The notes under the pieces were generated by a model. The model was given only the letters and a program-made list of their open reading frames with translations, searched no databases and was not told the DNA's origin. A program made the position numbers and the translations under genes. A stretch of DNA of 64,000 nucleotides from a virus. This document shows positions 40,489 through 50,503 of this stretch, piece by piece (positions within the stretch are counted from its first letter, which is position 1; the number at the start of each line of letters is the position of its first letter). Location of the stretch: the IMG/VR virus record IMGVR_UViG_3300025789_000822, positions 1 to 64,000 of that record; one strand, given 5' to 3'.

Positions 40489-42243
40489 GTGCCTAGGCTC
40501 AGCCTATACCGTCCAACGAAACAAAATGACTATCGATTTATGGATAGAACCATATCCGATATGTTAACTGCAGGTGGCACAGACTTATATATTCACAAAT
40601 ATCTAGGTCCTACTGATCAGGGGCCTAGTACTGACCCTACACAGCCACAGTATGCAGTTCAAAGTCCTACTAATATTCAAGACTTGTTATTCATGGAAAA
40701 CCGTGATAGAACATATGATCCAAATATCTATAGATTGCGCGGGCATTACAATGTACAAAATCTTGACTTTGATTTAAGTCAGTTTGGTTTATTCTTAAAT
40801 AATGATATCATTTTCGTCACTGTGCATTACAATGACATGATTGACATTATTGGTCGCAAATTAATGGTTGGTGATGTATTAGAGTTACCTCACTTACTAG
40901 ATTATAATCCATTAGATCAAACTATACCAGTTGCATTAAAACGCTTTATGCAAATTACTGATGCAAACTATGCAAGTGAAGGTTTCACACAAACATGGTA
41001 CCCACATCTATGGCGTATCAAATGTGAACCTCTTGTTAATAGTGAGGAGTTTTCAGATATTCTTACACAACCTCTCAATCAAGACAATTATCTTGGTAAC
41101 TGGGATAAGACAAAACCTTATCCAGAAGGCTATACTGTTACATTTGGTGGATTGATTTATAAATCTTTGGCAGATGTTCCTGCAGGAACATATCCACCAA
41201 ACGCAACATATTGGCAATTACAATCAAACGGTGGCCTTGCAGATATCATTTCTACATACAACAAGAATATTGCAATCAATGATGCTGTACTTGCTGATGC
41301 AGAAATACTTGTTCCTAAATCAGGTTACGATCAAAGTCAACTATATGTTGTACCTACATACGGCGAGTATGTTACCAACCAAGAAGGTAATACAGTTCCT
41401 TCAGGTCATTTGAATCAACCTGCACCACCTATCGGTGTACTTGCTCCTAATCCATTCGCAAACTTCCCCAATATACCATCTCAGTTAGATGGCGCAAAGG
41501 TTGTAATATATCGCAATAGTAAGTTCAAGAATCCAAGTGTTGGTATTAAGGTTAGTAAGGCTGCATTAGCAAAACTACAAGACATGAATGGTGTCGGCAA
41601 GTATGTAGAAAATAAAATCAACAAACTTGTACAAGCACAATTATCATTAGCAGAGCAAGAACCTGAAAAGACAGCAGGTGGTAGTGGTCGTGTTGATAAG
41701 ATTAAGATTCTCAAAGTAGAAACAATCAGTCCTATCATTATTGGACCATATGGTACTGCTGACAACACATATGCTACAGCAGACCAAGACCCAAGTCTAG
41801 ATAGTTTCACAGGAACGGTGACAAGTGTTATGGACTTTAGAGCAGACTGTGATCCAACATTCCAGTTTATCTCTAGATCGGCTCCAAGATCATTTGGTTA
41901 TACAACTGGCTACATGACTGGTGATGGTAGTGCTCCAAATGGATTCCCAACAGGCGCAGGTATTAGTTTCCCTGCAAATCCTACAGTGGGCGATTATTTC
42001 TTACGCATCGATTACTTACCTCAACTATTATATCGTTGGGACGGTAAGTTATGGATACAAATTAGCCAAAATGTCAGAACACAAACTGGATTTGGTAGTG
42101 TTGAAAATCAATCACAACTCTCATCATTTATTAATAACGATGCTCAAATTTATGTAAATAATGATCAAGCAGTAATTCCTCAAGCACAACCATTGTCGAA
42201 TGTACTACAGAATTCACCACCGACACTACCGCCGGTAATATAA
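40489..42243 (+). CDS. Neck/head-closure protein (gp14-like) with insertions
   Basis: QDLLFMENRDR.YD, FDLSQFGLFL.ND, GDVLELP. Internal CBM-like WDKTKPYPEG...YWQ. Precedes the gp15-like gene. Confidence 0.65.
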   Translation: MPRLSLYRPTKQNDYRFMDRTISDMLTAGGTDLYIHKYLGPTDQGPSTDPTQPQYAVQSPTNIQDLLFMENRDRTYDPNIYRLRGHYNVQNLDFDLSQFGLFLNNDIIFVTVHYNDMIDIIGRKLMVGDVLELPHLLDYNPLDQTIPVALKRFMQITDANYASEGFTQTWYPHLWRIKCEPLVNSEEFSDILTQPLNQDNYLGNWDKTKPYPEGYTVTFGGLIYKSLADVPAGTYPPNATYWQLQSNGGLADIISTYNKNIAINDAVLADAEILVPKSGYDQSQLYVVPTYGEYVTNQEGNTVPSGHLNQPAPPIGVLAPNPFANFPNIPSQLDGAKVVIYRNSKFKNPSVGIKVSKAALAKLQDMNGVGKYVENKINKLVQAQLSLAEQEPEKTAGGSGRVDKIKILKVETISPIIIGPYGTADNTYATADQDPSLDSFTGTVTSVMDFRADCDPTFQFISRSAPRSFGYTTGYMTGDGSAPNGFPTGAGISFPANPTVGDYFLRIDYLPQLLYRWDGKLWIQISQNVRTQTGFGSVENQSQLSSFINNDAQIYVNNDQAVIPQAQPLSNVLQNSPPTLPPVI

Positions 42244-42252
42244 AGGTCATAC

Positions 42253-43629
42253 ATGGCAGCGCAATATTTTTATGATAATCAGATACGCAGATTCTTAATA
42301 CAGTTTGCCAAAATCTTTAGCAACTGGCAAGTTACCAGAGGTAACGATCCTGCAGGCAACCCTATTTACGTTCGTGTGCCTATTATGTATGGCGATCAAA
42401 GTCGTCAGGCTGCAACTGTTGTTAATAATAACAGTGCAAGTACACTACCATCTGCACCAATGATTACTTACTACATCAGTGGTTTGGAATACAATCAAAA
42501 ATGGACTACTGATCCTACATTTATTGACAAGATTAATGTAAGGCAACGTGCATACAATCCTGATACACAAAGCTATGAGACTACACAAGGTCAAGCGTTT
42601 ACTATTGAAAGATTGATGCCTGTACCATATACATTGCGTATTAATGTCGATTTTTGGACAACAAACTATCAACAAAAATTAGAAATCATTGAACAACTAG
42701 GCCCATTGTTTAATCCTGCACTTGAAATTCAAAGTACAGATAACTTTGTTGATTGGACCTCATTAAGTTCTGTGTTTCAAGATGGATTGACTTTTACTAG
42801 CAGACAAATTCCAGTAGGTACAGGTAATCCAATTGACATTATGACCTGGAAGTTTTACATGCCTATCTGGTTGACAACTGCAAGTAAGTTGAAAAAGATG
42901 GGCGTTATTCAAAAAATTATCATGTCTATCTATCAAGGAAATGCTCTTACAGATATCCAGAATGATGATTTGTTGTTAGGTACTAGACAAAAGATTACTC
43001 CATATGGTTACAAGTTATTATACATCGGCAACCAATTACAATTACTACCTGCCGACGAACCATTCGATCCGTCTAACAATAGTCTAGATCAAGATGTTTC
43101 TCCACCTACTGATTTGTATTGGTCTAGTTTATTAAACGTGTATGGCAAAGTTCAGCCGGGTATTAGCCAGATTTGGTTAGAGAATCCATATATGGATACC
43201 CCTATCGTTGGTACTATTGTTCCTAATCCATTAGATGACAGATTCTTAATCTTTAACGTAGATCCACAAACATTACCACAGAATACATTAGATCCAGTTA
43301 ATGCTGTTATTAATCCACAAATGCAAGGCCCTAATGCAGGACTACCCGGGCCTATCAATGGTGTACGCTATTTGATTGTTGAAAATATTGGAGCACCTGA
43401 TACTACAACAGTTGCTTGGGGTGGTCTAGTCGCAAATGCAAATGATATCATAGAATTTGATAGTGGTACAATGCAATGGTTTGTTGCATACGACAGTCAA
43501 GCAGATACAGAAGTACAATATGTGACTAATCTTGCAACTACTCTTCAATATAGATATACACCTGATGAAGGTTGGATGAAATCATATGAAGGTTTCTATT
43601 ACGCCGGCGATTACAGTATCGTAATTTAA
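42253..43629 (+). CDS. Tail terminator/sheath stabiliser (gp15-like)
   Basis: YFYDNQIRRF..QF..IFS, VRVPIMYG, MPVPY.L, QKLEIIEQL.PLFNP. Confidence 0.8.
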   Translation: MAAQYFYDNQIRRFLIQFAKIFSNWQVTRGNDPAGNPIYVRVPIMYGDQSRQAATVVNNNSASTLPSAPMITYYISGLEYNQKWTTDPTFIDKINVRQRAYNPDTQSYETTQGQAFTIERLMPVPYTLRINVDFWTTNYQQKLEIIEQLGPLFNPALEIQSTDNFVDWTSLSSVFQDGLTFTSRQIPVGTGNPIDIMTWKFYMPIWLTTASKLKKMGVIQKIIMSIYQGNALTDIQNDDLLLGTRQKITPYGYKLLYIGNQLQLLPADEPFDPSNNSLDQDVSPPTDLYWSSLLNVYGKVQPGISQIWLENPYMDTPIVGTIVPNPLDDRFLIFNVDPQTLPQNTLDPVNAVINPQMQGPNAGLPGPINGVRYLIVENIGAPDTTTVAWGGLVANANDIIEFDSGTMQWFVAYDSQADTEVQYVTNLATTLQYRYTPDEGWMKSYEGFYYAGDYSIVI

Positions 43630-43630
43630 T

Positions 43631-44038
43631 ATGTCCAGTAACGCTGCCGGTGTGTTCTTCTATAGTGTTTCTACTAATAGATTTCTTTATCTATTAAGGG
43701 CTGATAATAAAAGTCCTACGTGGAGTATACCAGGTGGCGGCATCGAAAAAGATGAAACACTATTAGAAGGTATTGAACGTGAGTGTATAGAAGAAATGGG
43801 ATTCTACAATCAAGACTTCAAATTGATTCCCATTCAAAAGTTTGTCAATAATACATTTACATATCATACATTCTTCTGTGAAGTCAAAGAAGAATTCATA
43901 CCTACGTTAAATGCTGAACATGAAGGATATGCATGGGTCAAAGAAGGGCATTTCCCCAAGCCATTACATCCTGGATTGTTTAGTACTGTGAATATTGATT
44001 TAGTTCAAGAAAAGTTACAGGCATTGATAAAAAAATAG
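43631..44038 (+). CDS. Nudix hydrolase
   Basis: Nudix box PGGGIEKDETLLEGIERECIEEMG, LNAEH..Y.W, PLHPG. Confidence 0.9.
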   Translation: MSSNAAGVFFYSVSTNRFLYLLRADNKSPTWSIPGGGIEKDETLLEGIERECIEEMGFYNQDFKLIPIQKFVNNTFTYHTFFCEVKEEFIPTLNAEHEGYAWVKEGHFPKPLHPGLFSTVNIDLVQEKLQALIKK

Positions 44039-44056
44039 GGAGATTAAATCCCCCTA
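44029..44056. terminator. Terminator between convergent genes
   Basis: ATAGGG(a)GAT-taa-ATCCCCTAT with a flanking A-tract. Confidence 0.7.
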
Positions 44057-44059
44057 TCT

Positions 44060-44380
44060 TTATGCTCCGAGCATTTTGCTCACTACATGAAACCCTAGTG
44101 CACCTGCAGTTGCTGCACCTCCCATAACCATCCATTTCCATTTTTCTAAAGCACTAACTTTTTTAGAAAGTTCATTATGTTGCTGTGTGCTTTCAGTGGA
44201 TAATTTTGTGATCATGTCGTGTGTATCTTTCATTGCTGATGATACACTATCTTTGATTTCTTTAATATCAGATTTCAGGTCGTCCATCTTTTCATGGATG
44301 TTGGCGACCTGAACCTGAAGCACTGCAATTTCAGTTTCAGACTTTTGCACCGATAATCGATCTGGTCTTGCAGTAGCCAT
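44060..44380 (-). CDS. Coiled-coil protein with C-terminal TM (XhlA/holin-like)
   Basis: Heptad coiled coil followed by KWKWMVMGGAATAGALGF. Confidence 0.55.
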   Translation of the reverse strand: MATARPDRLSVQKSETEIAVLQVQVANIHEKMDDLKSDIKEIKDSVSSAMKDTHDMITKLSTESTQQHNELSKKVSALEKWKWMVMGGAATAGALGFHVVSKMLGA

Positions 44381-44385
44381 ATCGA

Positions 44386-45765
44386 TTAAGCGTTATTAAC
44401 TGTTACGATTGGTAGACTTGGTGTGTAGTATGTATTAGCGGCTACAGCACTATTGAATGTACCAATTACATTAGGTTGAGCATTTGCAAGAATTGCTAAA
44501 CCTGTACCTGAACCAGTACCTGTTGCAGTAAATGATGTACCAGTCATGTTGCCGGCTGCACCAACTGCTGTCCAGTTTGTTGTACCTGTTTGATAAATTG
44601 TATATACTGTACCAACACTTAGTGAACCAGGAGCAACTGTTGCAGGGAATGCTTGTGAATTATAATCACTAATAGTATCAAGATATGCAGTTGAACTATC
44701 AGCATAAGTTACTTGGATATTGAACGTGTTAGGTGTCAATGCCGCATTCGCTAAGTTTGCTGTATATACAGGAGCTGTAATACCTGTTACAGTACCAGTT
44801 ACCAAATATTTGTGTTTGCCTTTTTGACGAACAATATATCCTGCTTCTGGTAATGCAGCCAAGATTGGATCGCCATAACCATTATAACCAGCCGCATTAA
44901 CTACTGAGTTAGCACCCAATACTGCTTGATTTTGAATAGCATTAGAAGTTACGCTTGAGTTTGATGTCAATACTACGTTTGCACCACCTGGAACTGCGGC
45001 AACAGTAAATGCAGCCGCGTTAGTAATATTTCTAACAAAGTATGTTGTGTTTGCTGTTAAGCCACCAAATGCTGTGTCAAACACAACTGGTGTACCTGCT
45101 ACCAATGTTTGAGCATTGCCTGAAGTACCGATAACGTTACCAGTAGCACTACTATTAGCAACTGCAACTGTTACATTACCTACGTTGTTTGCAATTGTAC
45201 CTAACAAGTTTACACTATATGAACCTGGAGTACCTTGATATGCATAAAGTTGTGTACCATTTGCTAACGCACCAAAGTTAGTACCTAAACCGACAACTGT
45301 TGTACTAGCGTTACTTGCAAAAATTGTACCAGAAATGTTAGCACCAAAAGCAACATTAACTAGTGTTTGACTACCAATAATTGCTGTGTTACCACCAACA
45401 ACACCAAATGTACTTGAGCCAGTTGATGTGTTACTACCGTTTGGATTATTAAATCCTGAATCTACGATACCAACTGTTGCTTTAACGTTTTGACCAGTTG
45501 TAGTAGTAATTGACGGGAATGTTTGTGGTTGAACACTTAATTGTGTAGCTGATACAGTAAATGTACTTGCTGAAACGATTTTGTTGATGTAATATGTTAC
45601 ACCTGCAGTTAAACCACCTACTGTACTTGCTGTAGCAAAAGGCATGCCTTTTGTAACACCTAGAGTATTAAGATTGTTTGATACTGTGACTAATTGTGAT
45701 GAAGCAGTTGTTGCTGTAATTGTCAAAACTGCTTGTGCTTTTGCGATCTTTAGAGGACGTCCCAT
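44386..45765 (-). CDS. Virion structural protein
   Basis: MGRPLK start, T/A/G/N-rich, two GGLTA..TY[YF] modules, YIVRQKG.HKYLV. Strong SD and structured leader. Confidence 0.65.
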   Translation of the reverse strand: MGRPLKIAKAQAVLTITATTASSQLVTVSNNLNTLGVTKGMPFATASTVGGLTAGVTYYINKIVSASTFTVSATQLSVQPQTFPSITTTTGQNVKATVGIVDSGFNNPNGSNTSTGSSTFGVVGGNTAIIGSQTLVNVAFGANISGTIFASNASTTVVGLGTNFGALANGTQLYAYQGTPGSYSVNLLGTIANNVGNVTVAVANSSATGNVIGTSGNAQTLVAGTPVVFDTAFGGLTANTTYFVRNITNAAAFTVAAVPGGANVVLTSNSSVTSNAIQNQAVLGANSVVNAAGYNGYGDPILAALPEAGYIVRQKGKHKYLVTGTVTGITAPVYTANLANAALTPNTFNIQVTYADSSTAYLDTISDYNSQAFPATVAPGSLSVGTVYTIYQTGTTNWTAVGAAGNMTGTSFTATGTGSGTGLAILANAQPNVIGTFNSAVAANTYYTPSLPIVTVNNA

Positions 45766-45783
45766 TTGTTTTTCCTTTAGTTA

Positions 45784-45845
45784 GTTGCGGGTTCTAGCCG
45801 CTACGCAGTGGGTACTGCATAAATTCTCACCATGAGAATGTACGC
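45784..45845 (-). promoter_or_regulatory. Three-hairpin 5' leader RNA
   Basis: After TAAATA (45849-45854): ATTCTCA-tgg-TGAGAAT, TATGCAGT-accc-ACTGCGTA, GCGG-ctagaac-CCGC, then AAGGA SD. Confidence 0.65.
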
Positions 45846-45893
45846 AAGTATTTATCTTTATTGCGTAAAATAATAGACGCTCTAAATACAAGT

Positions 45894-46838
45894 ATGATTA
45901 AAGAATACGGATATCGCTATACTGCAACTCAATCGATTGCAGACCACGAACACAATTGGTTAGAAAAATTCAAAATAGAATTGTCTGCAAATGAATATCA
46001 AACTAATTTATTAATTAACCTCACTTGGCTAGAACCTAAAGACCCTAACTTATTGCAATGGATTAAAGATAACATCGAAGGTTCTACTAAAATTTGGCTT
46101 GCAGGGACTGTTGACGGCACTGAATGGTTTACACATACATTATTATATGCTGATATAATAGCATTAAATTATCCTTTAGAGTTTGCAGGATTCAGTCCTA
46201 CCCAATGGAGTTCTTGGATGCCCAAATGGTTGATGGAAAATAAACAATATACTGATAATGAGTTGCAGTTGAATAAAAATTTTAGTAATGTCTATTTGAG
46301 TTATAATAGAAAACCTAGACCACATAGAGAACGATTAGTAAACCAACTTATTGATAATAACTTAGATAATAGGGGTTGGATAACATACGAAAAAAATGTT
46401 TTTCCTAGTATCGACCAACGTACTGCTATCACCGATCAGCAATTACATTCTACTGATTTAAGATTTAGTAGACCTGAAGACCTTACAAGTTTAGGTAATT
46501 TAGATGTTTGGCAGAATAGTTATTGTGTTATTGTAAGTGAAACTGAACCAACTGACAGCTGGCAATTATCAGAAAAGACTTGGAAGCCTATTATGGGTTT
46601 AAGACCTTATTTGTGGAATGCAAACAAGGGAATAATTGAAGTTGTTCGTAAATTGGGATTTTACACACCTAATGATTTGTTTGATAATCCAAATTTAGAT
46701 AACAGCACAGAATCAGTAATCACACAGTTAAAAGTATTATGTGATATGTCAAATTTTGAATTGTATAATCTTTGGCAAAAACAATTGCCTATGCTACAAC
46801 ACAATCGCCAAAGATTTATAGAACTTGCTAGTAATTAA
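45894..46838 (+). CDS. Glycosyltransferase-like protein (GT10-like C-terminal motifs)
   Basis: YLSYNRKPRPHR...L, SYCVIVSET...LSEKTWKPI..LRP, LQHN. Start moved to ATG 45894, 5 nt after TAAATA. Confidence 0.5.
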   Translation: MIKEYGYRYTATQSIADHEHNWLEKFKIELSANEYQTNLLINLTWLEPKDPNLLQWIKDNIEGSTKIWLAGTVDGTEWFTHTLLYADIIALNYPLEFAGFSPTQWSSWMPKWLMENKQYTDNELQLNKNFSNVYLSYNRKPRPHRERLVNQLIDNNLDNRGWITYEKNVFPSIDQRTAITDQQLHSTDLRFSRPEDLTSLGNLDVWQNSYCVIVSETEPTDSWQLSEKTWKPIMGLRPYLWNANKGIIEVVRKLGFYTPNDLFDNPNLDNSTESVITQLKVLCDMSNFELYNLWQKQLPMLQHNRQRFIELASN

Positions 46839-47392
46839 GTACCACTAGCCATACTTGATACCGGGGGCAACACACCAGTAGTACCGGTATTAGGATGATT
46901 GGCGCCCAATTCCGTAATTGAGAATGGGGCCGCTGTTTCACCTGACACATTGATATATGATACAATGTTTCCCTGACCTACATAAAAACTACGTTCGGCT
47001 GTGCCAGGAGGAATGATTTCGCTATTTGCAGTTGCTACTTGATATGGAACACCAAAAGGATTAATTGTATATCCAGCGCCACTAATTGCTACACCTGCGT
47101 TTGTAGTAAGTATAAGATTACCATTATTCGTAACACTTTTTACAATACCAACTGTTGCACCTGTAGCATTACCAATCCAATAACCAATGTTCAATTGTGT
47201 TGTAAAAGTGGTACTTGATCCAACTACTGCATTTGAACTAGTTGTGCAGGTAACAGTTCCTGTACCTGCAACGTTTGGATAACTTGATACAACTTGTACT
47301 GCTGAGGTAGTAGTTGCAATTCTAACTTTGTCAGTTTGAATATTTGCTGAAGCGTTTGCTGATGAACTTGCTGTATAAACGTATGATGACAT
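46835..47392 (-). CDS. Virion structural protein
   Basis: T/S/N-rich 185-aa ORF with late promoter at 47411-47416. Confidence 0.55.
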   Translation of the reverse strand: MSSYVYTASSSANASANIQTDKVRIATTTSAVQVVSSYPNVAGTGTVTCTTSSNAVVGSSTTFTTQLNIGYWIGNATGATVGIVKSVTNNGNLILTTNAGVAISGAGYTINPFGVPYQVATANSEIIPPGTAERSFYVGQGNIVSYINVSGETAAPFSITELGANHPNTGTTGVLPPVSSMASGT

Positions 47393-47418
47393 TTTCTTAT
47401 TCCTGTAATGTATTTATC

Positions 47419-50400
47419 TTAGAGTCTACCAATTGCCACTTCAATGACACCTTCGCCTTCGTGGTTCTCTAATGCTTTACCAATGATTGTTCCCATTTGT
47501 GGTGTAAGTGTTGGTCTTGCGTAGCCATCGCCACCGCTAATTAGCATATCACCCTTTTTAATGCTTCCGCGTACCTTAGTTGGTACACGTCCTTGTAGAG
47601 CAATAGCAACTGCGATGCCCGAACATGTTGAATTCATAACATAAGCAGGGTTAGTAGACACTACGCCGGCAACTCTAGTTGTACCATCTTCTGCAACAGT
47701 AACTTCTTTCTCACCGCCAAATTCTAGTACGGTGCCCGGTTCATACTCTTGATCTGCTTCATAATACTCAGCCAAGTCAGCATATGTTGCTTGTAGTCTT
47801 GAACCTGTAGTCAATGTCCAATTACCGGTGAATGTTGCAGCCGTTGTATTTGATCCTGCATTGATAGTAGTTATACCATTCAATGTAGTGATATTGTTTT
47901 GTACTGCACCTGTTACGATTGTAGCATTGTTAGCATTTGCAATTGCTGTGTTAGATAATGCATAATTAGCTGCCGCAATACCACCTAAGTACAATGAGTT
48001 GTTAGCATTAGCAACGGTACCTGTTACATTAGCACCTGTGATTGCTGTTAGTGAACTGCCGGTACCGGTCACTAGTAAATAACTTGCTGCTGCTGTACCG
48101 CCTAAATAACTTGAGTTATTTGCACTAGCTACTGTTCCTGATACATTAGCACCGGCTACAGCATTTGCTGTTGTTGCATATGCTACCGCACCACTTACAT
48201 TGGCGCCTGCTACTGCATTGGCAGTAGTTGCATAAGCCACTGCACCTGATACATTAGCACCGGCTACTGAGTTAGCTGTTGTTGCATAAGCAACGGCACC
48301 ACTTACATTAGCACCTTGAATGTTACTTAAATTATTACCGGCTCCATAATGATTACCTGTTAAGTTGGCTCCTGATATGTTACCTGTAACTGCAAGTGAA
48401 GTTAATGTGCCAACACTTGTAATATTGGGTTGTGCATTTGTATAAACTGTACCTGCTACTAGTGCGTTACCTACTTGACCTGTGACATTTGCACCAGTAA
48501 TTGAACTTAATGCACTACCATTGCCACTTACGTTAGCCGCACTAACATTACCGATAACACTTAAATTAGTAAGTTGACTTAAGTTGCCTGTATCTGACAA
48601 ATCAAAAATAGTTGTAGTGTAACCACTATTAACAATCTGTAAGTTACCTGAACTGTTTAATCTGAAATATTTGTGTGGATTAGTTGCGCTGACATTACTA
48701 TTAGTCATAGTAATCATGCCAGCATAACCCGAGCCACCGTGACCATTGTTATTAGTAATAATAACTTCACCGTTTGATGTTACGTTGCCATTTGCAACGA
48801 ATGCACCACCGTATGTTAATGGGCCTGTGCCTGCACGCCCTAATGATGTAGTATCACCGTTACCAAAAATGATATAAGCATTAGCACCAGAACTTTCGAT
48901 ACCTGATACTTGTAATGTGTCTACTACATTAACATCACCAATCCAAGCATCATCACCAACTTTAAAGTTTGTACCATTACCGTTATTGGTAGCAATAACT
49001 ATTGAAGCGGTAATTGTACTTGCTACTCCTAAATTAACACCTACGTTTGCATTGCCGGTGATATTGATATTTGTAGTTGATAAATTGCCTGTTGCAGCGT
49101 TGAATGATAAATTAGCATTTGCATATTCTGCAACATTTCCTGTTGTTGCATTCGCTAACATCAAATATGAAGTACCACTTGAAGTCGTAGTAATATTAGC
49201 AAAGTCTGTTACATTAGCGTGTCCAACATTCAAGTTAGGAACACGTGTAGTTGATGTTACAATTAATGGTGCAGTACCTGTTGCAATATTAGAAACAAAA
49301 TAACTTGCAGAGATTAAATTACTAGCAGCTATATTATTAGAACTAATGTTACCGCCAGTAGCGCCGCCACTTAAAACTAAACTGCTATTGTTTTGGTCAT
49401 ATGTAAAATTAGCACTACCTGCTAACAAATTATTGTTATTAAATTGAACTGAATTTGCAGCTCCTTGTGCTCCGTTGCTACCACTGCTACCACCAATTGA
49501 AGAAATTGCACGGCCGCCTTGTCCATAAACAGTTGCTGTTAAACCACTTGTAGTTTGTAATGGTAATATAGGACCTGCTGTACCGTTTGGATATAATGAA
49601 TTTGAAACAGTAATCGTAGTAGCACTAGGGATACTGTTGATGTAATATGTTGTGTTTGCTGTAAGACCACTAGTAGATAAACTACCCAAGAACACAACAG
49701 GTTGATTTACTTCAAATAATACGTTAGCATTAGCAACTGAGTTACCAATGTTAATTACGTTTGTTGCTACAGTGGTAGCAGTAACATTATTGCTGTATGA
49801 ATATGCTGTATAAGTAGAAGTGTTGACAGCATTTGAAAAATCAGAAGTGTTATAAAGAGCAAAACTATTTGAAGTTTGTGCCTTTACATAGAAATTACCA
49901 CCGTTTAATGCATTACCAATACTACCGGCAATATTAGGTGCACCTGTTATAGTGATGACAGAACCATTGGTAAAATAGTTATTCTGTGTAGTAGTTACTA
50001 CTGTTAAGTTTCCGGCGGTAGTATTTCCGTTACCTATCTTGATGTTCTGAATATAGGCAGTGATTGATGTTTTGGGTGTCCATGAAAGATTACCCAACCC
50101 GTCAGTTTGTAATACATAACCAATAGCGCCGCCTGCAATAGTAACATTACCTAGATCACCTAAGTTAATATTGCCACCTGCATTACCGCCAGCATTTATC
50201 CAGTTAGTACCGTCAAAAGCAAGAACTTGTCCTAACCCAACGTCAACTGGGTTAATATTTAAGTTACCAACACTGCCATCGATTTGACTAAAACTTATCC
50301 CTGAATAAGATGTTAATACTTCGATGTTTTCATTGGGTGTTGTTTTACCAATGAATAGACGTTTTTGGTCAGTTGCCCAACCAAATTCTGCTTCGTCTAA

Positions 50401-50463
50401 TTGTGGCAGGTCAACTAAATTACCTGACCTTTGTTGAATCTTTGATATTTGTACGATTGACAT
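47419..50463 (-). CDS. Tail fibre/spike with C-terminal intramolecular-chaperone (peptidase G2-like) domain
   Basis: N-terminal QISKIQQRSG..LPQL..AEFGW..D.KRLFIG. Shared AVAYATTAN repeats. C-terminal YADLAEYY...GVVSTNPAY...ALQGRVP.KV.G...KGD...IIGKALE. Confidence 0.78.
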   Translation of the reverse strand: MSIVQISKIQQRSGNLVDLPQLDEAEFGWATDQKRLFIGKTTPNENIEVLTSYSGISFSQIDGSVGNLNINPVDVGLGQVLAFDGTNWINAGGNAGGNINLGDLGNVTIAGGAIGYVLQTDGLGNLSWTPKTSITAYIQNIKIGNGNTTAGNLTVVTTTQNNYFTNGSVITITGAPNIAGSIGNALNGGNFYVKAQTSNSFALYNTSDFSNAVNTSTYTAYSYSNNVTATTVATNVINIGNSVANANVLFEVNQPVVFLGSLSTSGLTANTTYYINSIPSATTITVSNSLYPNGTAGPILPLQTTSGLTATVYGQGGRAISSIGGSSGSNGAQGAANSVQFNNNNLLAGSANFTYDQNNSSLVLSGGATGGNISSNNIAASNLISASYFVSNIATGTAPLIVTSTTRVPNLNVGHANVTDFANITTTSSGTSYLMLANATTGNVAEYANANLSFNAATGNLSTTNINITGNANVGVNLGVASTITASIVIATNNGNGTNFKVGDDAWIGDVNVVDTLQVSGIESSGANAYIIFGNGDTTSLGRAGTGPLTYGGAFVANGNVTSNGEVIITNNNGHGGSGYAGMITMTNSNVSATNPHKYFRLNSSGNLQIVNSGYTTTIFDLSDTGNLSQLTNLSVIGNVSAANVSGNGSALSSITGANVTGQVGNALVAGTVYTNAQPNITSVGTLTSLAVTGNISGANLTGNHYGAGNNLSNIQGANVSGAVAYATTANSVAGANVSGAVAYATTANAVAGANVSGAVAYATTANAVAGANVSGTVASANNSSYLGGTAAASYLLVTGTGSSLTAITGANVTGTVANANNSLYLGGIAAANYALSNTAIANANNATIVTGAVQNNITTLNGITTINAGSNTTAATFTGNWTLTTGSRLQATYADLAEYYEADQEYEPGTVLEFGGEKEVTVAEDGTTRVAGVVSTNPAYVMNSTCSGIAVAIALQGRVPTKVRGSIKKGDMLISGGDGYARPTLTPQMGTIIGKALENHEGEGVIEVAIGRL

Positions 50464-50503
50464 AAGTGTATTCTTACCCTAATACACTTATTTATCTAAT
50501 TAC

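Noticed and set aside
45784-45845. tRNA gene in the three-hairpin region
   Set aside because: No acceptor stem closes the hairpins, and there is no T-loop GTTCRA or D-loop consensus in the correct positions.
20096-50463. Diversity-generating retroelement or shufflon behind the shared fibre repeats
   Set aside because: No reverse transcriptase or invertase is in the window, both copies are coding, and the differences are not adenine-specific.
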